A DNA stretch of 64,000 bases from a virus. The position numbers and the translations under genes were made by a program. The first letter of the stretch is position 1. Every line of letters begins with the position of its first letter. Positions 19,633-29,593 of this stretch are shown here, piece after piece. The stretch spans positions 1 to 64,000 of the IMG/VR virus record IMGVR_UViG_3300005573_000064; one strand, written 5' to 3'. Under the pieces are notes generated by a model that was not told the origin of the DNA, did no database searches, and was given only the letters and a program-made list of their open reading frames with translations.

Positions 19633-21345
19633 CTACGATATGGTCACCAGAAGCGGGGTTGATACGAATGAATAGGCCGACCCGTTCAGATTGGACGGGG
19701 TGGCCGTTATCACGTCACCGTTAACCGGAAGGTACTGACACATGGCGGTGACCGACTGATTGCTCATGGTGACGCTCAGGGACTTGACTCCGTTTACCGA
19801 CCCGGAGGATCCGTAAGTGGATGCCAAATATAAAAGACCCAGCTTGCATTGCAGGGTTACGGTGACTGGCTTTAACACGGGAACCCCTAACTGGTTGGTC
19901 AGGTATACGTACAGATTAAGAAGGCCGTTCGGATTGGGGTTGGGGTTAAGATAGGTTATCGCTTTCACGGTGTTTATTGCGTCCGTAAGGATGAGAGGCG
20001 TGGCCACGGATACGGTCTTTGATGTCGTAATCAAATTCCCTGTCGAGGTGTATGCCGAGGCCCCTATGGTGTAAGTCCCAACGGATATCGAGGGGTTTGT
20101 CACCCAGGAAAAGAACTGAGCCCCGTTAAAATCGGTCTGGCCGTATATGGAGGATTGAAGCAATACGGGTTGTATGTTCACTGCGGAAGGTCCGGAAACC
20201 GAAGTCCGCACGGGTATTCCTTGAACGGGAAGGTTATTTGCGTCAAGAGCCGTAACCGTTATGTTGACGGTCTCCCCCAGCATCGAGGACACCGTTCCAG
20301 GAGAAGCCTCTATTTGAAGGGACGCCAGTCTTTCAGCCGCGCTTCTTTTATCGGACAGGTACAGAAAGCCGTAGGATATTCCGCACAATAGCGGATTGAG
20401 CTGCACGGCCGGCAGTATGCCATCATACAGACTCTGTTGCCCGTTCGATCCGAGCGGCTGAAGGTCCAGAGGCGCGTTCCATTTGGCCGTCTCCCATCTA
20501 ACCGTGGCCGGTTCGGAAACACTCCTGTACGTAGAGAGATTCGTGGTTCCGGGAGACGTGGCGCTGTCCGATATGCAGAAGGAGCCATCAACCAAATACC
20601 TTACTGAAACCCTTTGGTTTTCGGGTAGAGGGATGGCCGGAGTCACTACGTTTCCAGCGGCCGACCCGCTAACCTGACCGACCCCGGGAATGGTGATGGT
20701 CACCGGGGAGACTACGTTCGTTAGCATGGTTCTTACGAGGCCGTCCGAGTCGACAAGAAGAATCTCATCCTGATACAAATCCGGCCTGTCCTTAAGCCAG
20801 GAAAGGTACAGAATTTCATTCCTGTTCGGGTCGTTTGGGTCTCTGCTTATCCAAAACAGTCTGTTTACAAAATCCCAGTAGTAATAGTTTCTCTGCTGAA
20901 GGTATGAAAGCCCCGGCACGGGAATCATATCCGTTCCATCGTTCCCGGTGGCAAGCACGAGCTCGCCAGGTATGTTAACGTACATCAGGCTGCCGGACGC
21001 CCCGCTGCTTGGCGTATATATGACGGGAACGCAGGGATTAAATGCCGAGAAATTCGAGGAAAGTCTTTGGTACCTGTAAAAGGCCCCATCGATGATGAGC
21101 GGACCTTTCACGGCTGACGCGGCCAGGTCACCGGTTGCGGGAAGAGCGAGAGCCAGGGTGGCTCCGGACGGGATTATGACATCGGCCCATCCCTCCCTGG
21201 CATATAAATAATGCTCCTGTCCGTCAATGTAATACCAGCCGGGATTCACCTGAGGATACCAGGCCCCGGAGTCGCCTTCGTGAAGGCGAACTCTGAGGTC
21301 ATCGCTCCATCCTATTCCCGCCTGAACCGGGCGCTTATTATGCAC
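19633..21345 (-). CDS. Virion structural protein with Ig-like (Big-1-like) domain
   Basis: 570 aa; VNITVTALDANNLPVQGIPV...TDFNG Ig-like signature. Confidence 0.7.
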   Translation of the reverse strand: MHNKRPVQAGIGWSDDLRVRLHEGDSGAWYPQVNPGWYYIDGQEHYLYAREGWADVIIPSGATLALALPATGDLAASAVKGPLIIDGAFYRYQRLSSNFSAFNPCVPVIYTPSSGASGSLMYVNIPGELVLATGNDGTDMIPVPGLSYLQQRNYYYWDFVNRLFWISRDPNDPNRNEILYLSWLKDRPDLYQDEILLVDSDGLVRTMLTNVVSPVTITIPGVGQVSGSAAGNVVTPAIPLPENQRVSVRYLVDGSFCISDSATSPGTTNLSTYRSVSEPATVRWETAKWNAPLDLQPLGSNGQQSLYDGILPAVQLNPLLCGISYGFLYLSDKRSAAERLASLQIEASPGTVSSMLGETVNITVTALDANNLPVQGIPVRTSVSGPSAVNIQPVLLQSSIYGQTDFNGAQFFSWVTNPSISVGTYTIGASAYTSTGNLITTSKTVSVATPLILTDAINTVKAITYLNPNPNPNGLLNLYVYLTNQLGVPVLKPVTVTLQCKLGLLYLASTYGSSGSVNGVKSLSVTMSNQSVTAMCQYLPVNGDVITATPSNLNGSAYSFVSTPLLVTIS

Positions 21346-21354
21346 TCTCTTCTC

Positions 21355-22755
21355 CTATGAATCCAAAACTCTGGGTATGTAACTTATTTGAGGAAGTTCC
21401 GTGGTCGAATCAAACCAGGTGACATTATTCCACGAAGCTTCGCCCAGTGATATTTTCACGGTCTGCTGAACCTGCTCCCCTATCGTTTGAAAGTAGGGGG
21501 TCGGATCTCCGTTGGGGTAATAAAGACTGTCAATCATATCGGGGGAGCCTAGCGTATTCAAACTGATTCCGCGCGCAAGCCACACCGGAGTCTCGCTCAT
21601 TGATATTATAGCCCCGGTTGACGGAACTATTTGAATGACATATCCCGAGGCCGATAGCTGGGGCTCGTATCTGGTCACGCCATACGACACCGTAATCCCG
21701 TTTGAACCGAATAGCGGCTGAACCATATTTCCGGTAACGGCCGCAGATATGTAGGGCTGCATGTTATCGTTCAATATGTAGACCGTATTGGCATCGGGTG
21801 TGTTTGAAAGCAGGTAGGTGTTGTTCCCGATTGCAAGCGGAGTCTCTGTTATCAGGGAGTACTGCGGTATCAGAGGTATGGAGTATGCCGTAACGTCCCC
21901 GTACGGAGGAACGTATGGAGAGTCCGGAACCCATGATGACAGCTCAATCAGGTTAAGCTCCCTGGCTATGGTCGCCATTAATCCGGAAGGGTACGGGGCT
22001 CCCGGAAATCCGTAGGACGAGGATTGCCTTGTGAAGAAGTCATAGTTGTTCTCCCTTTGCAGTCTGGAGAGACCGTACAGGGACCCGGTCTCGTCCCACC
22101 TGTTCCACAGGTCGTGCGGGGACAATGGAATCCAGGGACCGTTGTTAAAGCTTACAAAACCTGAGACGTCAAGGGAGGCCGCGAGAAGGCTTGCCGAGTA
22201 TGTGACCAGGACGGTCGAGGACATGGGAAGCTGAAACATCCCGCTTGCCGCGTACACGGTCGGGGACATGCACGGAATTCTTTCCCACGCGTAGCCTCCC
22301 GGCTCCATCCAAAATATATCGACATCCTCGCTTATGGGCGTGACGGTCACCATGAAATCGGAGCCCGGAGTTGTCGAGGTCGTCACAAAGTCCAGACCCG
22401 CGAACAGCGCCACGCCACTATCGTCAATGATAGCCACCGGGGAGAGTGAGTGGGTGAAGTCGAACATATTGTCCACGAGGGCGACCGAACCGCTAGCCAT
22501 GGGGCACATGAATCGTATGGACGGGCTTGATGACGAATTAAACGGGGTCGCGCATTTCCAGCTTATTCGCGGCTGTCCCCATGTGTTGTACAGACCGGCC
22601 GCGCTGAAGTCGGACATGTCCTTGGACACCTGGGCGTATTGCTCAAGCCACGAAGAAAGCCAGAACGTGGCCAGGAGCGAGCTTGCCGGAGGGTTGAGCC
22701 GGCAGTTCATCCACTGGGGCCACCATCTAATATACTCCATGTCATACATAGTCAT
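21355..22755 (-). CDS. Baseplate wedge-like protein (paralog 2)
   Basis: 466 aa; DLWNRWDETGSLYGLSRLQRENN...FPGAPYPSGL; colinear with 22752..24155; ATGA overlap. Confidence 0.65.
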   Translation of the reverse strand: MTMYDMEYIRWWPQWMNCRLNPPASSLLATFWLSSWLEQYAQVSKDMSDFSAAGLYNTWGQPRISWKCATPFNSSSSPSIRFMCPMASGSVALVDNMFDFTHSLSPVAIIDDSGVALFAGLDFVTTSTTPGSDFMVTVTPISEDVDIFWMEPGGYAWERIPCMSPTVYAASGMFQLPMSSTVLVTYSASLLAASLDVSGFVSFNNGPWIPLSPHDLWNRWDETGSLYGLSRLQRENNYDFFTRQSSSYGFPGAPYPSGLMATIARELNLIELSSWVPDSPYVPPYGDVTAYSIPLIPQYSLITETPLAIGNNTYLLSNTPDANTVYILNDNMQPYISAAVTGNMVQPLFGSNGITVSYGVTRYEPQLSASGYVIQIVPSTGAIISMSETPVWLARGISLNTLGSPDMIDSLYYPNGDPTPYFQTIGEQVQQTVKISLGEASWNNVTWFDSTTELPQISYIPRVLDS

Positions 22756-24155
22756 TGGTCCATCATCACAGGTCTGAAGTTTTCACTAGGCAAGGTCGAG
22801 CCACCCTTATACCACCTCACGCTGTTCCAGGATACGTACCCCAGGGTTACGGGGACGCGCTCCATTATCTGATCCCCCAGGGCCTGGAACTCCTGATTGG
22901 GGGAGCCGTCCGGATTTAGCAAATTGTTTTGTTTCCATATCGGGTCATTGACCGAATTCACGCTCACTCCGTAAGTCCACATGACACGCCTTAATCCGGG
23001 CGTGGAGTTCTTGGTCGGAAACAGAGCGGTTATTCCCTGCGAGGTTCCGCTTGTTTGCCAGTTGAGATACGAATAGCTGGCGAAGAATTCGTAGCTTCCG
23101 CTTCCGGGGTATGTTATCATGCCACCTGACAATGGCGCGGTTAAAAGAGAGGAGCCTTGAAATACGTAAGTATTATACGGGTCCGCCTTTTCGATGTAAT
23201 TTACCGAGCCCTGTCGCTTCATGGGCTCCATCACGGAAAAGCCGGTTGCCGGATAGTTGCAAACCCAAACGTTTGACACTCCGGTCACCGGCCATGTAAG
23301 AGTCATCACTCCGTCCCACCAGTAGTCCCCGGATAACCCTATGCTTCTGCTTATGGCTTGCTCCAAGCCATCGGGCGCGGGCGATCCGGGAAACGGAAAG
23401 ACGGTGGACAGTCTCCTCCAATAGGTTTCGTTGTCCTCGCCATTCAGTCTGTACTCGTCAACTATGAGCCCGGTTTCGTCAATATCCGTCCACAAGTCCT
23501 GATAGTTCAACGGGATTGGCGGCCCGTTGTTAATTGACGCATAGCCGCTGGACGCCAGGTTGAACATATTAAGCGAGGAGTATGATATGGTCACTGTCCC
23601 GGTGCAGTTAAGACTTACAACGGGGCCAACTATATTGACGGATCCAGCGTAAACTATCCATTGGACCCCTTGCGGGTCAATCCAGTAAATATCCGAGCCT
23701 TTCATAAGGTCGGGCAGGGTCACCGTACCGGTCACCGATTGAGAGATGACGGCCCTCTCAAGATTTCTAAAATAGATGGCCCCTTCATCGTCATCGATTA
23801 TGAATACGGGACCCGTTTCACTTAGGAATCCCCATTCGGTCGTGGCGCAAACCAGCGGTATGGGACCGTTCGAGGTCCAGGCTGTGACGCTTGTCACGTC
23901 CTTCGCCTGATAAGGACAAGTCACCCACCAGGCTCGGCTCGGCTCCCCCAGCCAGTTATCCCATCTCTTCCTTCTTCTTTCGACATTCAAATAAAACCCG
24001 AATTCCAGTAATTGCTCCTGAAAGGGTTTTAAAAAGTCGCCAAGAAGAGAACCGCTTGTCGGATGGTTCACATTCATCCATTGAGGAAAATACGAACCAA
24101 GTCCGGCAACGGTCTCTGAAATTAAGATATCCGATATATACCCGGTAACTGGCAT
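22752..24155 (-). CDS. Baseplate wedge-like protein (paralog 1)
   Basis: 467 aa; DLWTDIDETGLIVDEYRLNGEDNETYWRRL...FPGSPAPDGL, resembling the D-x-G-x4-R-x2-GE-x-N/D-x2-Y-x2-R motif of wedge proteins. Confidence 0.65.
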   Translation of the reverse strand: MPVTGYISDILISETVAGLGSYFPQWMNVNHPTSGSLLGDFLKPFQEQLLEFGFYLNVERRRKRWDNWLGEPSRAWWVTCPYQAKDVTSVTAWTSNGPIPLVCATTEWGFLSETGPVFIIDDDEGAIYFRNLERAVISQSVTGTVTLPDLMKGSDIYWIDPQGVQWIVYAGSVNIVGPVVSLNCTGTVTISYSSLNMFNLASSGYASINNGPPIPLNYQDLWTDIDETGLIVDEYRLNGEDNETYWRRLSTVFPFPGSPAPDGLEQAISRSIGLSGDYWWDGVMTLTWPVTGVSNVWVCNYPATGFSVMEPMKRQGSVNYIEKADPYNTYVFQGSSLLTAPLSGGMITYPGSGSYEFFASYSYLNWQTSGTSQGITALFPTKNSTPGLRRVMWTYGVSVNSVNDPIWKQNNLLNPDGSPNQEFQALGDQIMERVPVTLGYVSWNSVRWYKGGSTLPSENFRPVMMDQ

Positions 24156-24161
24156 TCACGC

Positions 24162-24932
24162 TTATTCCTGTTCGGCCGGAACGCTTATGGTCCAATACTC
24201 CCAAACATAGTCGGGATTGTTTGCGTAATCGTAAGGCATGAGAAAGTAGCCGTCCTGGCCCCAGGCGGTACCCCAGGAGTTTCTAACCTTAAACATTCCG
24301 GAGTTGTCATCATAACCGACTATGAGCACCGCATGCCCTCCCTCGGATCTTTCGTTGGGAGCCGGCATAGGCAGAACGCCCGACTTGGCCATCGCGGTTG
24401 ATTCCATGGACTCGAAGACCTCCATGCCTATGATGACGGGCGAACCTGCGGCAATGCTCGCCTTTATGGCGTCCGGGGTCTCCAATTCCGCATACCCTGA
24501 GACCTTGTAGTTTTTAGCCAGCGCGTAAAGATCATCGGGCGGTTTTGCGAACAAATGATTTGCGGGCTCGTAAGTCCACACCGGCTCGGGAACCCACGCA
24601 TTAAGCTTGGTGGCTAGTAGACCGGTTAGTAACGAGCTGCCGTTGTCAACGTTAACCTCGCCATTGGCGGCTCTTTCGTTGTAATATATGAACAGTCTGG
24701 AAGGGGTCGCGGACAGTCTTCCTATGTTGTAATGTATCGCCCCGGCTATTGCGTTCGCGCTGCAGCTTCCCACTCTTCCTTGGTCGTAAGCTTCCGGAAA
24801 TTTATCCGATAAATCGCATGACTTGGGAAGAGGCTGGGCCGGAGGGGTCGGGGCTTGGTATGTCCTGCTTCTGTTCGGGTCCGAACGTTTCAGGCTGTGC
24901 TTTCTTGTTGACGCTAATCTTGATTTTCTCAT
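24162..24932 (-). CDS. Papain-like cysteine peptidase (family C1A)
   Basis: YDQGRVGSCSANA (Gln/Cys), GGHAVLIVGYDD (His), RNSWGTAWGQDGYF (Asn). Confidence 0.95.
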   Translation of the reverse strand: MRKSRLASTRKHSLKRSDPNRSRTYQAPTPPAQPLPKSCDLSDKFPEAYDQGRVGSCSANAIAGAIHYNIGRLSATPSRLFIYYNERAANGEVNVDNGSSLLTGLLATKLNAWVPEPVWTYEPANHLFAKPPDDLYALAKNYKVSGYAELETPDAIKASIAAGSPVIIGMEVFESMESTAMAKSGVLPMPAPNERSEGGHAVLIVGYDDNSGMFKVRNSWGTAWGQDGYFLMPYDYANNPDYVWEYWTISVPAEQE

Positions 24933-24942
24933 AATTTCCCTC

Positions 24943-25581
24943 TTAAACTAAATTAAAGTGTCTGACCAAATCCTCGTGAGTTCCTCTGAACTTATTGGAA
25001 TCAACGGTGCCGACTCCGGGCAGCGCGCGGGCCCCGGGTCCCCCGCCTTCGGCATACTGCCAAATGGTCCAGTTACGCCAGCCTTTGGGAATGGACGGGC
25101 TTGGATTGTCGGTGTAGTGGGCGACCCATAGTTCGTAGTTGTATCCGAAAACCTCGGCCGCGCCATTGGTTATCGCACCGTTCCAGAATCCCGGCATGGT
25201 ATAGATGATGGGGCGTCTTCCGCAGCCCTCCTCAACTTTGATGAGCCATGAATGAATATCCCGTCCGAGATTTACGGAACTTAGATTTCCCGGGTTCCGT
25301 TCAATGTCCAGGGCGACTGGAAGATTATGTTTTTGCAGCTTCAAATATTTCAGGCATAGGGCTGCCTGCTCCCCCGGTGAATATCTACTGTCATAGAAGA
25401 AATAAGCTCCGTTTGTAAATCCCTTCATCTCAGCCTCCCCGCGCCTTAATAGAAACTTGGGGTCCAGGGTGTCCCCTTGCCCAAGTTTAAGATAAACGAA
25501 GGAGAAGCCTGACGCAATGGCGTCATCGTAATTCCAATCCTTGTCCCCATGGTACATGTCAAATCCGTAGCACAGGCTCAT
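24943..25581 (-). CDS. GH25 muramidase (lysozyme/endolysin)
   Basis: GFDMYHG, FVYLKLGQG, GAYFFY, ALDIE, PIIYT, LWVAHY, WTIWQY; true start MSLCY at 25581 behind GGGAGG. Confidence 0.93.
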   Translation of the reverse strand: MSLCYGFDMYHGDKDWNYDDAIASGFSFVYLKLGQGDTLDPKFLLRRGEAEMKGFTNGAYFFYDSRYSPGEQAALCLKYLKLQKHNLPVALDIERNPGNLSSVNLGRDIHSWLIKVEEGCGRRPIIYTMPGFWNGAITNGAAEVFGYNYELWVAHYTDNPSPSIPKGWRNWTIWQYAEGGGPGARALPGVGTVDSNKFRGTHEDLVRHFNLV

Positions 25582-25606
25582 AATGCACCTCCCCGGCTCT
25601 CGCAAA

Positions 25607-26710
25607 CTACGATACAGTGATTGTTCGAGCCACAAACCTTGACCCTATCGGAAGGGTTTGATCCGACATAAGTGCCGGAAGATTGTTTACAGTAAGCGAT
25701 ACGGTCGCCCCTGAAATATCCGCTGAGGCGAACTGTATTCTGGATTGCAGAACCGAATAGGAAAGCGTCCCGTTTCCCGAACCGTTCTCTATTGGAAGGC
25801 TGTTGATATAGCCCTGCACGATACTGGATATGATTGTGGTTACATTGGCCAGATTGCCACCGGGGCGCAGGGACACCTGCACCGCCACGTCAACGTAAAC
25901 TATGTCTGGAGCCTTGGCTATTGCGGATATCCCGGCAGCGACCGTGGAATTAAGCACTGCTTGACATTGAGACAGGATGGATTGAGAGACGACTGGATCG
26001 TATCCGTATATCAGAACATCAACCGTTCCGGTGCCTCTTGCCAGGTTATTGACTTGAACGGAGCTAACCCCCGGGATTTGAGTCAGGGCCGTGGTGATAG
26101 CCGTGGTGTTGGCGCTTTCCCTGAGGTAAATTTGATTTTGAATTCTCACCCTGAAGTCATTGTCACTCTCCACATCGGAGCCATTGGAGATGGGCAGCGG
26201 ATTTGTAACGGTCACCAGCGATCCCATCGAGCTGCTGTCGAGGACCCCGGCCCCCACGTTATAATAGGAGCCGGGGGCAACCGCGGTGACATCAACATAC
26301 CCGACTTGACCGGCAGGGATGGTTATTGTAAGGGAGGTTAGGAAGGATAGATTAGGCTGAGAGGAGGGCCACACCCGGGTCCCTGCGGGAACGTTAAGGG
26401 AGGTTGCACCGTTATTAGTGAACGCCACGGAATTGGGGGTGCCCGCGGTTGTCGCGGAGGTTGCCGTCTTTCTGGCGAGCCCGAAGAAGGCTCCTATGGA
26501 GTCCAGGTTGGAGCCTATCGCGCTTGACAGGGATGTCTGGTTATCTATGTACTCCAGCTCGTCCCATAGAAGCATAAGTTCGTTGCAAAAAACCCTCAGA
26601 ATATTCATGCCGAAGGCTGACTCCGAACTTGCGGTAAGACCGGTGGCCTGGGATACTTTATTCCAGGCCCTGTTAAGCATTGAATTAAACGAGGGTTTTG
26701 TTAGCGGCAT
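25607..26710 (-). CDS. Baseplate J/gp47-like wedge protein
   Basis: LSSAIGSNLDSIGAFFGLARK, GSYYNVGAG, NGSDVESDNDFRVRI, GTGTVDVLI motifs. Confidence 0.93.
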   Translation of the reverse strand: MPLTKPSFNSMLNRAWNKVSQATGLTASSESAFGMNILRVFCNELMLLWDELEYIDNQTSLSSAIGSNLDSIGAFFGLARKTATSATTAGTPNSVAFTNNGATSLNVPAGTRVWPSSQPNLSFLTSLTITIPAGQVGYVDVTAVAPGSYYNVGAGVLDSSSMGSLVTVTNPLPISNGSDVESDNDFRVRIQNQIYLRESANTTAITTALTQIPGVSSVQVNNLARGTGTVDVLIYGYDPVVSQSILSQCQAVLNSTVAAGISAIAKAPDIVYVDVAVQVSLRPGGNLANVTTIISSIVQGYINSLPIENGSGNGTLSYSVLQSRIQFASADISGATVSLTVNNLPALMSDQTLPIGSRFVARTITVS

Positions 26711-26729
26711 GTCCAGTTTTCTCCGTTAG

Positions 26730-27092
26730 TCACAAAGTTCTCAATATGGGATTCCTTTCCACCGTGCAGTACTCCTCCACGGACTCGAGTCCCGGCCGGA
26801 AGGGAAGGTTTTCAAACTTGAAGGTGTAGCCCATCATGGACACCAATAGGTCCATCGCCCCTCCGGAATACTTAAGTATTGTCACGTAAATTGAATTAAA
26901 TCTAAGAGGCGGCTCCTTCTCGAATCTTTCGTTTTTCATCCCGGACAGGCCGAGGGTTATGGAGTACGCCATAGTCGATTCAATCGCCTTCTTGTGCAGA
27001 AGGGAGATATCGGCTCCCGTGGCGATTATCGAAGCGGCCTCGTTCAGTGCGTTCCCTATCAGCTTAAGTCCCAACTCCTTGTTGTCACTCAT
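26730..27092 (-). CDS. Hypothetical protein
   Basis: 120-aa ORF with AAGGA RBS. Confidence 0.7.
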   Translation of the reverse strand: MSDNKELGLKLIGNALNEAASIIATGADISLLHKKAIESTMAYSITLGLSGMKNERFEKEPPLRFNSIYVTILKYSGGAMDLLVSMMGYTFKFENLPFRPGLESVEEYCTVERNPILRTL

Positions 27093-27105
27093 AACAATTC
27101 CTTTC

Positions 27106-29469
27106 CTAGCCCCAGGCGGGATAGCAGCACGCCTTGTATTTTTTACCCGACCCGCAGGGGCATTTATCGTTTCTGCCGACTCTTCCGTAACTTACATTGT
27201 ACTCCTTGTGGCCCCTCTCCCCGGTGGCCGCTCTGGTGAGCAGTTCCGTCCAGGCGTCATACCACTTGGAATAGTTGATCTCCAGGTTGTACTCCTCGAG
27301 AACCTGCTTTTTTATATTGGCCCCTATTCCTCTTCTTTTCTCTTCGTCATCTATGAGGATTGACAGCTTCTCCAGCCATTCGCTGGGGCTCCCGGCCAGG
27401 TAGCCGTTTTCACCTTCTCTTACAAGCCTTGCGTACGGGGCCACTCTTGAGGCAACGGATGGAATAGCTCGCGCGCCCGCCTCAAGGATTTTTAACGGAC
27501 TGTTGTGTGACACTATTCCAGCGGCCACGAATTGCTCCCCCTCCACCTGTATGTCAACCGAATCGAGTTCAATGGGAAGTATTTCCGTAACCTTATCCTT
27601 CCATGTCTCCGCGGTATAGGCGTTTGAGTGAGACCTATCAGCCATCTCACTCAGCTTTTTATTTTTTCTTTCGCTTACAAATCCCACTTCCTTAAAGTAC
27701 AAGTCACTTGACGATCTTTTTAGCCTTAAGGAGTAGTAGTTATTGTTTGGGTATTCCTTCGGTGACTTGTCATGGGTCAACCTGGAGGGTATCCCGAAAG
27801 CCATTAATAGTAGCTGACAGTCCGCAAGCAATTCCCTATCCTTGGAGGTGACACTTATTCCACTTTTACCTACGGTGCCATCAGACTCAAAATATCCCCT
27901 TAGGAAAGCTCTTATGACACTCTTTGGAGACCTTAAAATAGCCTCGGGGACTTTGGGAGTGCGCTTATGGTTAGTAACAACTCCAAGAAGCTCCAGAAAA
28001 CTTACCAGTCTTCGGCTTGAGGACCTAACCTCCTTGCACCCCACCAACTTCTTGTCGAAGGTATACTTGTCTCGTATTGAGCTGCCCAGCCCCAGTTGAG
28101 CGAATAGTTTAATGACTCTTTCCAGGACATCGGTGTCCTTGGAGTCGCAAGTAATAGTCATGCCTCCGCTATTTATACATCCGTCACCCACTATGAATCC
28201 AAGAAGCTCGCCCCATGTTTCATCAATAACTATTTCCGGCAGGGAAACCATATCCTCGGAAGAGGGGAGGATACGGTTCGAGTTTCTTCTGGGGTGGCGC
28301 GTCTCCCACAAGGAGAACGGAATTCTTTGATATTCTCTTTGTCCTATCTCAAGAGGGTTTAGCGTCAGGAAGTCTCCGACCTTGATATCCTTTGCATACA
28401 CCCATTCGTCATTCACAAGAAGCCTATGCTCCTTGGTCAGCTTCAGGGAATAACCTCGATAGGTTCTTATTTCCAACCCTTCGCTCCTGGACTGAAGCTC
28501 GGTAGCCAGCACTTTTTTCCATCCTGTCGGGGTGTACACGCTATCGGAATCGGTAAGCTCCCCTATGGGAATAATTCCCCTCGGAGTGGACACCTTGGTA
28601 TCCAAACTAAGACATTTTGACAAGTTAAAGCTGCATCCTACGATTGGAGCCACCGAGATGTCAAAGTACCCCAGACCGAGAGGATGCTCTCTGAAACTTC
28701 TTGGGGCTATGAGAAACACTCTCGAAGAGTCGAACTCCATCCTGCGGGCCTTCGCCTCCAATGCGAATCTCATCATGGCCCACTGAGCCAGCTCGACCGA
28801 GGTGTACAGCCCGAATCTTATTCGGGGATATTTTCGTAAAAGCTCGGGGATGACCGGAACGAGTATCTCCAGATCCTCCCTGTGGGTCGAACCACCGGAC
28901 CAGCCAACGACCAAAGTGTCCGGGTCCTTGTCAGGTGGCATGCTCGTCCAATCCCGTATTCCGAAGTCTATGCTGTTGGGAACCACGGTGATATTGGAGT
29001 TGTAGCTGGAGTAGTGAGAGGCCAGCTCCTCGGTGCTTACGGTCACTCCGTGGCATCTGCTCATTATTTCCGCCAGCACCTTAAGCTCATCCCTTCCCTG
29101 ATGATATACGCCATACACCGGGGAGGTGGGCAGCACGGCATCAAGATTGTCATCTATTTCATATATGACCTTCTTACCGTACTTCATCACCTCGTATAGG
29201 GTGAGCTCGGACACCGACCGTCCGTTCTGTCTTTGAGCTATTATAAGGTCGGCATCCATCAGGTCCTGAGGTCTGCACACCTGGGACCATGTGCAGTCGG
29301 CCCCGTGCATGTTCATGTAGCGAAGAGGCTGCATGACTCTGTAATGTCCGCATGCCGTCAGGTCGGCCACAAGCCCTATGATCTTAAGGCCTTTGTACTT
29401 CTCGCTTTTTTTGACGCCCAGAGGGGCCCAGTAGGAATCGGAGTCAAACGTTCTTAGTCCGTTAATCAT
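27106..29469 (-). CDS. GT-B (GT4-like) glycosyltransferase with intein and C-terminal SEC-C motif
   Basis: ACGHYRV, VIYEIDDNL, VVGWSGGSTHREDL, spliced FNLSK/SPLKILEAGA; ends GRNDKCPCGSGKKYKACC; likely start ATG 29469 (ATGA overlap with the upstream small ORF), alternative GTG 29490. Confidence 0.9.
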   Translation of the reverse strand: MINGLRTFDSDSYWAPLGVKKSEKYKGLKIIGLVADLTACGHYRVMQPLRYMNMHGADCTWSQVCRPQDLMDADLIIAQRQNGRSVSELTLYEVMKYGKKVIYEIDDNLDAVLPTSPVYGVYHQGRDELKVLAEIMSRCHGVTVSTEELASHYSSYNSNITVVPNSIDFGIRDWTSMPPDKDPDTLVVGWSGGSTHREDLEILVPVIPELLRKYPRIRFGLYTSVELAQWAMMRFALEAKARRMEFDSSRVFLIAPRSFREHPLGLGYFDISVAPIVGCSFNLSKCLSLDTKVSTPRGIIPIGELTDSDSVYTPTGWKKVLATELQSRSEGLEIRTYRGYSLKLTKEHRLLVNDEWVYAKDIKVGDFLTLNPLEIGQREYQRIPFSLWETRHPRRNSNRILPSSEDMVSLPEIVIDETWGELLGFIVGDGCINSGGMTITCDSKDTDVLERVIKLFAQLGLGSSIRDKYTFDKKLVGCKEVRSSSRRLVSFLELLGVVTNHKRTPKVPEAILRSPKSVIRAFLRGYFESDGTVGKSGISVTSKDRELLADCQLLLMAFGIPSRLTHDKSPKEYPNNNYYSLRLKRSSSDLYFKEVGFVSERKNKKLSEMADRSHSNAYTAETWKDKVTEILPIELDSVDIQVEGEQFVAAGIVSHNSPLKILEAGARAIPSVASRVAPYARLVREGENGYLAGSPSEWLEKLSILIDDEEKRRGIGANIKKQVLEEYNLEINYSKWYDAWTELLTRAATGERGHKEYNVSYGRVGRNDKCPCGSGKKYKACCYPAWG
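27502..28614 (-). mobile_element. Intein (371 aa) with LAGLIDADG homing endonuclease
   Basis: Starts CLSLDTKVSTPRG, block B LTKEHRLLV, LAGLIDADG motifs LLGFIVGDG and FLRGYFESDG, ends VDIQVEGEQFVAAGIVSHN followed by Ser +1. Confidence 0.96.
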
Positions 29470-29591
29470 AAATCTTTGGCGCTGAACCACCGTCCGGTAG
29501 GGTGGTGCAAGTCGCTATCCCCTTTCTTTGATAAATTTTTAGCTTCTAACATTGCGTGGATTATCACCTTATTTTCTCTGTCACTTGTCAT
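29466..29591 (-). CDS. Small 41-aa protein (absent from the ORF track)
   Basis: GGAGGA RBS; MTSDRENKVIIHAMLEAKNLSKKGDSDLHHPTGRWFSAKDL*; its TGA overlaps the ATG of the glycosyltransferase. Confidence 0.55.
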   Translation of the reverse strand: MTSDRENKVIIHAMLEAKNLSKKGDSDLHHPTGRWFSAKDL

Positions 29592-29593
29592 AA

